From positions 1 through 38,910 of the forward strand of contig JANMGI010000129.1 of NCBI GenBank assembly GCA_031374565.1: a stretch of 38,910 nt of DNA, in the 5' to 3' direction. The notes below the pieces were generated by a model. It worked only from the letters and a program-made list of their open reading frames with translations. It was not told where the DNA came from and ran no database searches. The stretch comes from Paracoccaceae bacterium (GTDB lineage Bacteria > Pseudomonadota > Alphaproteobacteria > Rhodobacterales > Rhodobacteraceae). Shown in pieces: positions 37,350 to 38,910 of the stretch (positions are counted from its first letter, which is position 1; each line of letters opens with the position of its first letter). The translations under genes were made by a program, and so were the position numbers.

Positions 37350-37826
37350 ATGGTGCTCAATTGTACCGCTCCAGGCGCATTAGTTAAGCTGAAGAACCAG
37401 CCGGGATTCAAGCTTGGCAAATGCACGGAACCCTATAATAGCGACATACACCGCCCTGACATTCTCCAGCCGCAGGAAAACGAAGTTCATGGAAAGAAGT
37501 GCTGGGAATGCTCCAGGCAGAACCGGCGCGGGAAACGCGCCAAGACCCCCGGTGGCAAATGGATGCGCGAGAAAGACTACTTCAAACCCAACAGCCGCGG
37601 CGAAACACCCTTTGAAGAACGCGACCGCAAGCGGATGACCCCGGACCACCAGCCGCCACTCAATCGCGCTTGGGATCTCGGCGGTTGCAACATGCAACCC
37701 TCGCCGGACGCTTTTAAGAAAATGATGCAGAAGGCCGAGATGGTCAGGGCGCATTGCCGGGCGCACTCCTGCAGCCAAGGTACTAAAGTAAAGAAGGCTT
37801 CCGCCGCCGCTCGGTCGAAGATTTAG
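37350..37826 (+). CDS. Putative His-Me finger (HNH-like) nuclease toxin, in frame with DUF4150
   Basis: Very basic protein with CWEC, PDHQPP and HCRAHS..QG motifs; sits between the PAAR gene and immunity-like genes. Confidence 0.6.
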   Translation: MVLNCTAPGALVKLKNQPGFKLGKCTEPYNSDIHRPDILQPQENEVHGKKCWECSRQNRRGKRAKTPGGKWMREKDYFKPNSRGETPFEERDRKRMTPDHQPPLNRAWDLGGCNMQPSPDAFKKMMQKAEMVRAHCRAHSCSQGTKVKKASAAARSKI

Positions 37827-37835
37827 GAAAAGAAA

Positions 37836-38267
37836 ATGGACCCGCGCTACGAGGAGATACAAATCCGATATCTTGCCGAATTGCGCGGCATCCTTCCGCT
37901 TGTCATGGCTTGGTGGACGGAAAGGGCAGTGCAAACACCAGATGAAATTGACGACCAGCCTGCGGGGAATGATTTCGAGCGCCGTTGGCCAGCGGGGCCA
38001 ACCGGTCACCCACTCGTACTAAACGTCTTTCGCCGCTATTTTCTTCAGATTGATCGCCTGAATCTTGAAGTTGATTTCCAGGAGGACCTGAGCCGCCAAC
38101 CTACCGAGGATGACTGGGGCGTGGAAGTCTACGAAGTAGTCCCGACGCAGCTTCCCATAGATGTACTGGTCGACGATATTCAGTCGGTCGCACCGGACGT
38201 CTATCGCCTGGTGAAGGGTATGGTCTTCATACCGATAGGGCTTTCACCCGAAGAAGAGTTGTGTTGA
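37836..38267 (+). CDS. Putative immunity protein 1
   Basis: Acidic 143-aa ORF with an AGGA RBS, directly after the toxin; AT-richer codons. Confidence 0.6.
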   Translation: MDPRYEEIQIRYLAELRGILPLVMAWWTERAVQTPDEIDDQPAGNDFERRWPAGPTGHPLVLNVFRRYFLQIDRLNLEVDFQEDLSRQPTEDDWGVEVYEVVPTQLPIDVLVDDIQSVAPDVYRLVKGMVFIPIGLSPEEELC

Positions 38268-38758
38268 TGGCGCTGGAGACAATTCACAGCGTTCAGCGTG
38301 GTATCCTACGTCTCCTAGGGGCGCCAGAAGATGTTAGTGCGGGCCTTCCGCATCAAGGCGTTGCTCGGCTACGCAACGAGGCAACACACGAACACGGAAA
38401 GCTCTATGAAGAGTATGTTGCCGATTTTGCACACGCTTACGAGATTGGCGCGAATTGGTGGGCCGCCTGCGTAGACGCTTGCCTAGAAGAAGCAGGTGAT
38501 CGGCGGGGTGCAATAGACGCCGCTTTTGATCGCCGCTTAGCGGGGCCAGCTTCCGCACCAGAAGTCGTATGGTTTTTCCGTACTTACTGGATGGCCTTTG
38601 ACGAAGTGAACAAGAGTTGCGCGCCCGAAGACCGGGTGCCGCCGCAACATGCGATGCTGCAATGGCTCATAGATGACGGCCATGATGACTACATTCAGCT
38701 TCTGACCTGTATGCCCTACTGGCCCATCGGGCTCGACGAGAACGGGAACTGGTGTTGA
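38267..38758 (+). CDS. Putative immunity protein 2, a paralogue of the upstream gene
   Basis: TGATG overlap with the upstream stop; shares WW, F.RR..AGP, FR.Y, PIGL and the terminal Cys with the upstream ORF. Confidence 0.6.
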   Translation: MALETIHSVQRGILRLLGAPEDVSAGLPHQGVARLRNEATHEHGKLYEEYVADFAHAYEIGANWWAACVDACLEEAGDRRGAIDAAFDRRLAGPASAPEVVWFFRTYWMAFDEVNKSCAPEDRVPPQHAMLQWLIDDGHDDYIQLLTCMPYWPIGLDENGNWC

Positions 38759-38910
38759 ATGAGCTACGACACCGTCATCGACAACCGCACCCCCTTCGAC
38801 GTGCAGACCCATGTCCAGGTCACGGCCGAGGGGCAGGAGCGGTTGGTTGTGATGCTGTCGGCCAGTTTCACGGCAGATGCGGCGGGGAAGGTGGGGGTGG
38901 CGGAGGTCCA
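38759..38910 (+). CDS. DUF2169 T6SS adaptor/chaperone, 5' part only (runs off the window)
   Basis: Manual translation gives MSYDTVIDNRTPFDVQTHVQVTAEGQERLVVMLSASF, with an N.TPF / G...LVV...ASF N-terminus typical of DUF2169. Confidence 0.75.
   Translation, partial: MSYDTVIDNRTPFDVQTHVQVTAEGQERLVVMLSASFTADAAGKVGVAEV

Overview
GC-rich window, probably from a Rhodobacteraceae-like alphaproteobacterium (inferred from gene content and codon style). It is dominated by a complete type VI secretion system (T6SS) of about 34 kb (4628 to the window end): tssA-M, vgrG, clpV, hcp, fha/tagH, ppkA, pppA, two tagF copies, DUF6484, a DUF4150 PAAR-like gene, a putative His-Me nuclease toxin, two paralogous immunity-like genes and a partial DUF2169. 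The most unusual part is the left arm. It has an ompA-like / small lipoprotein / exported caspase-Sel1 operon in which the caspase and the OmpA protein share a VEG-x4-5-RGLTL motif, a candidate Arg cleavage site. Divergent from it is a pppA / membrane-anchored M15 peptidase / TssL(DotU)-TssM(ImcF) fusion / vgrG unit. The PpkA kinase carries a DUF4384-like periplasmic domain, so a proteolysis-triggered T6SS activation circuit is plausible (hypothesis only). The first 4.6 kb hold an apparently chimeric phosphatase/ligase junction, an IS5 remnant, a MITE, a REP-like repeat, a DUF4202 gene and a LysR-DoxX-GST(omega) redox module. All family calls come from motif recognition; no database search was run.
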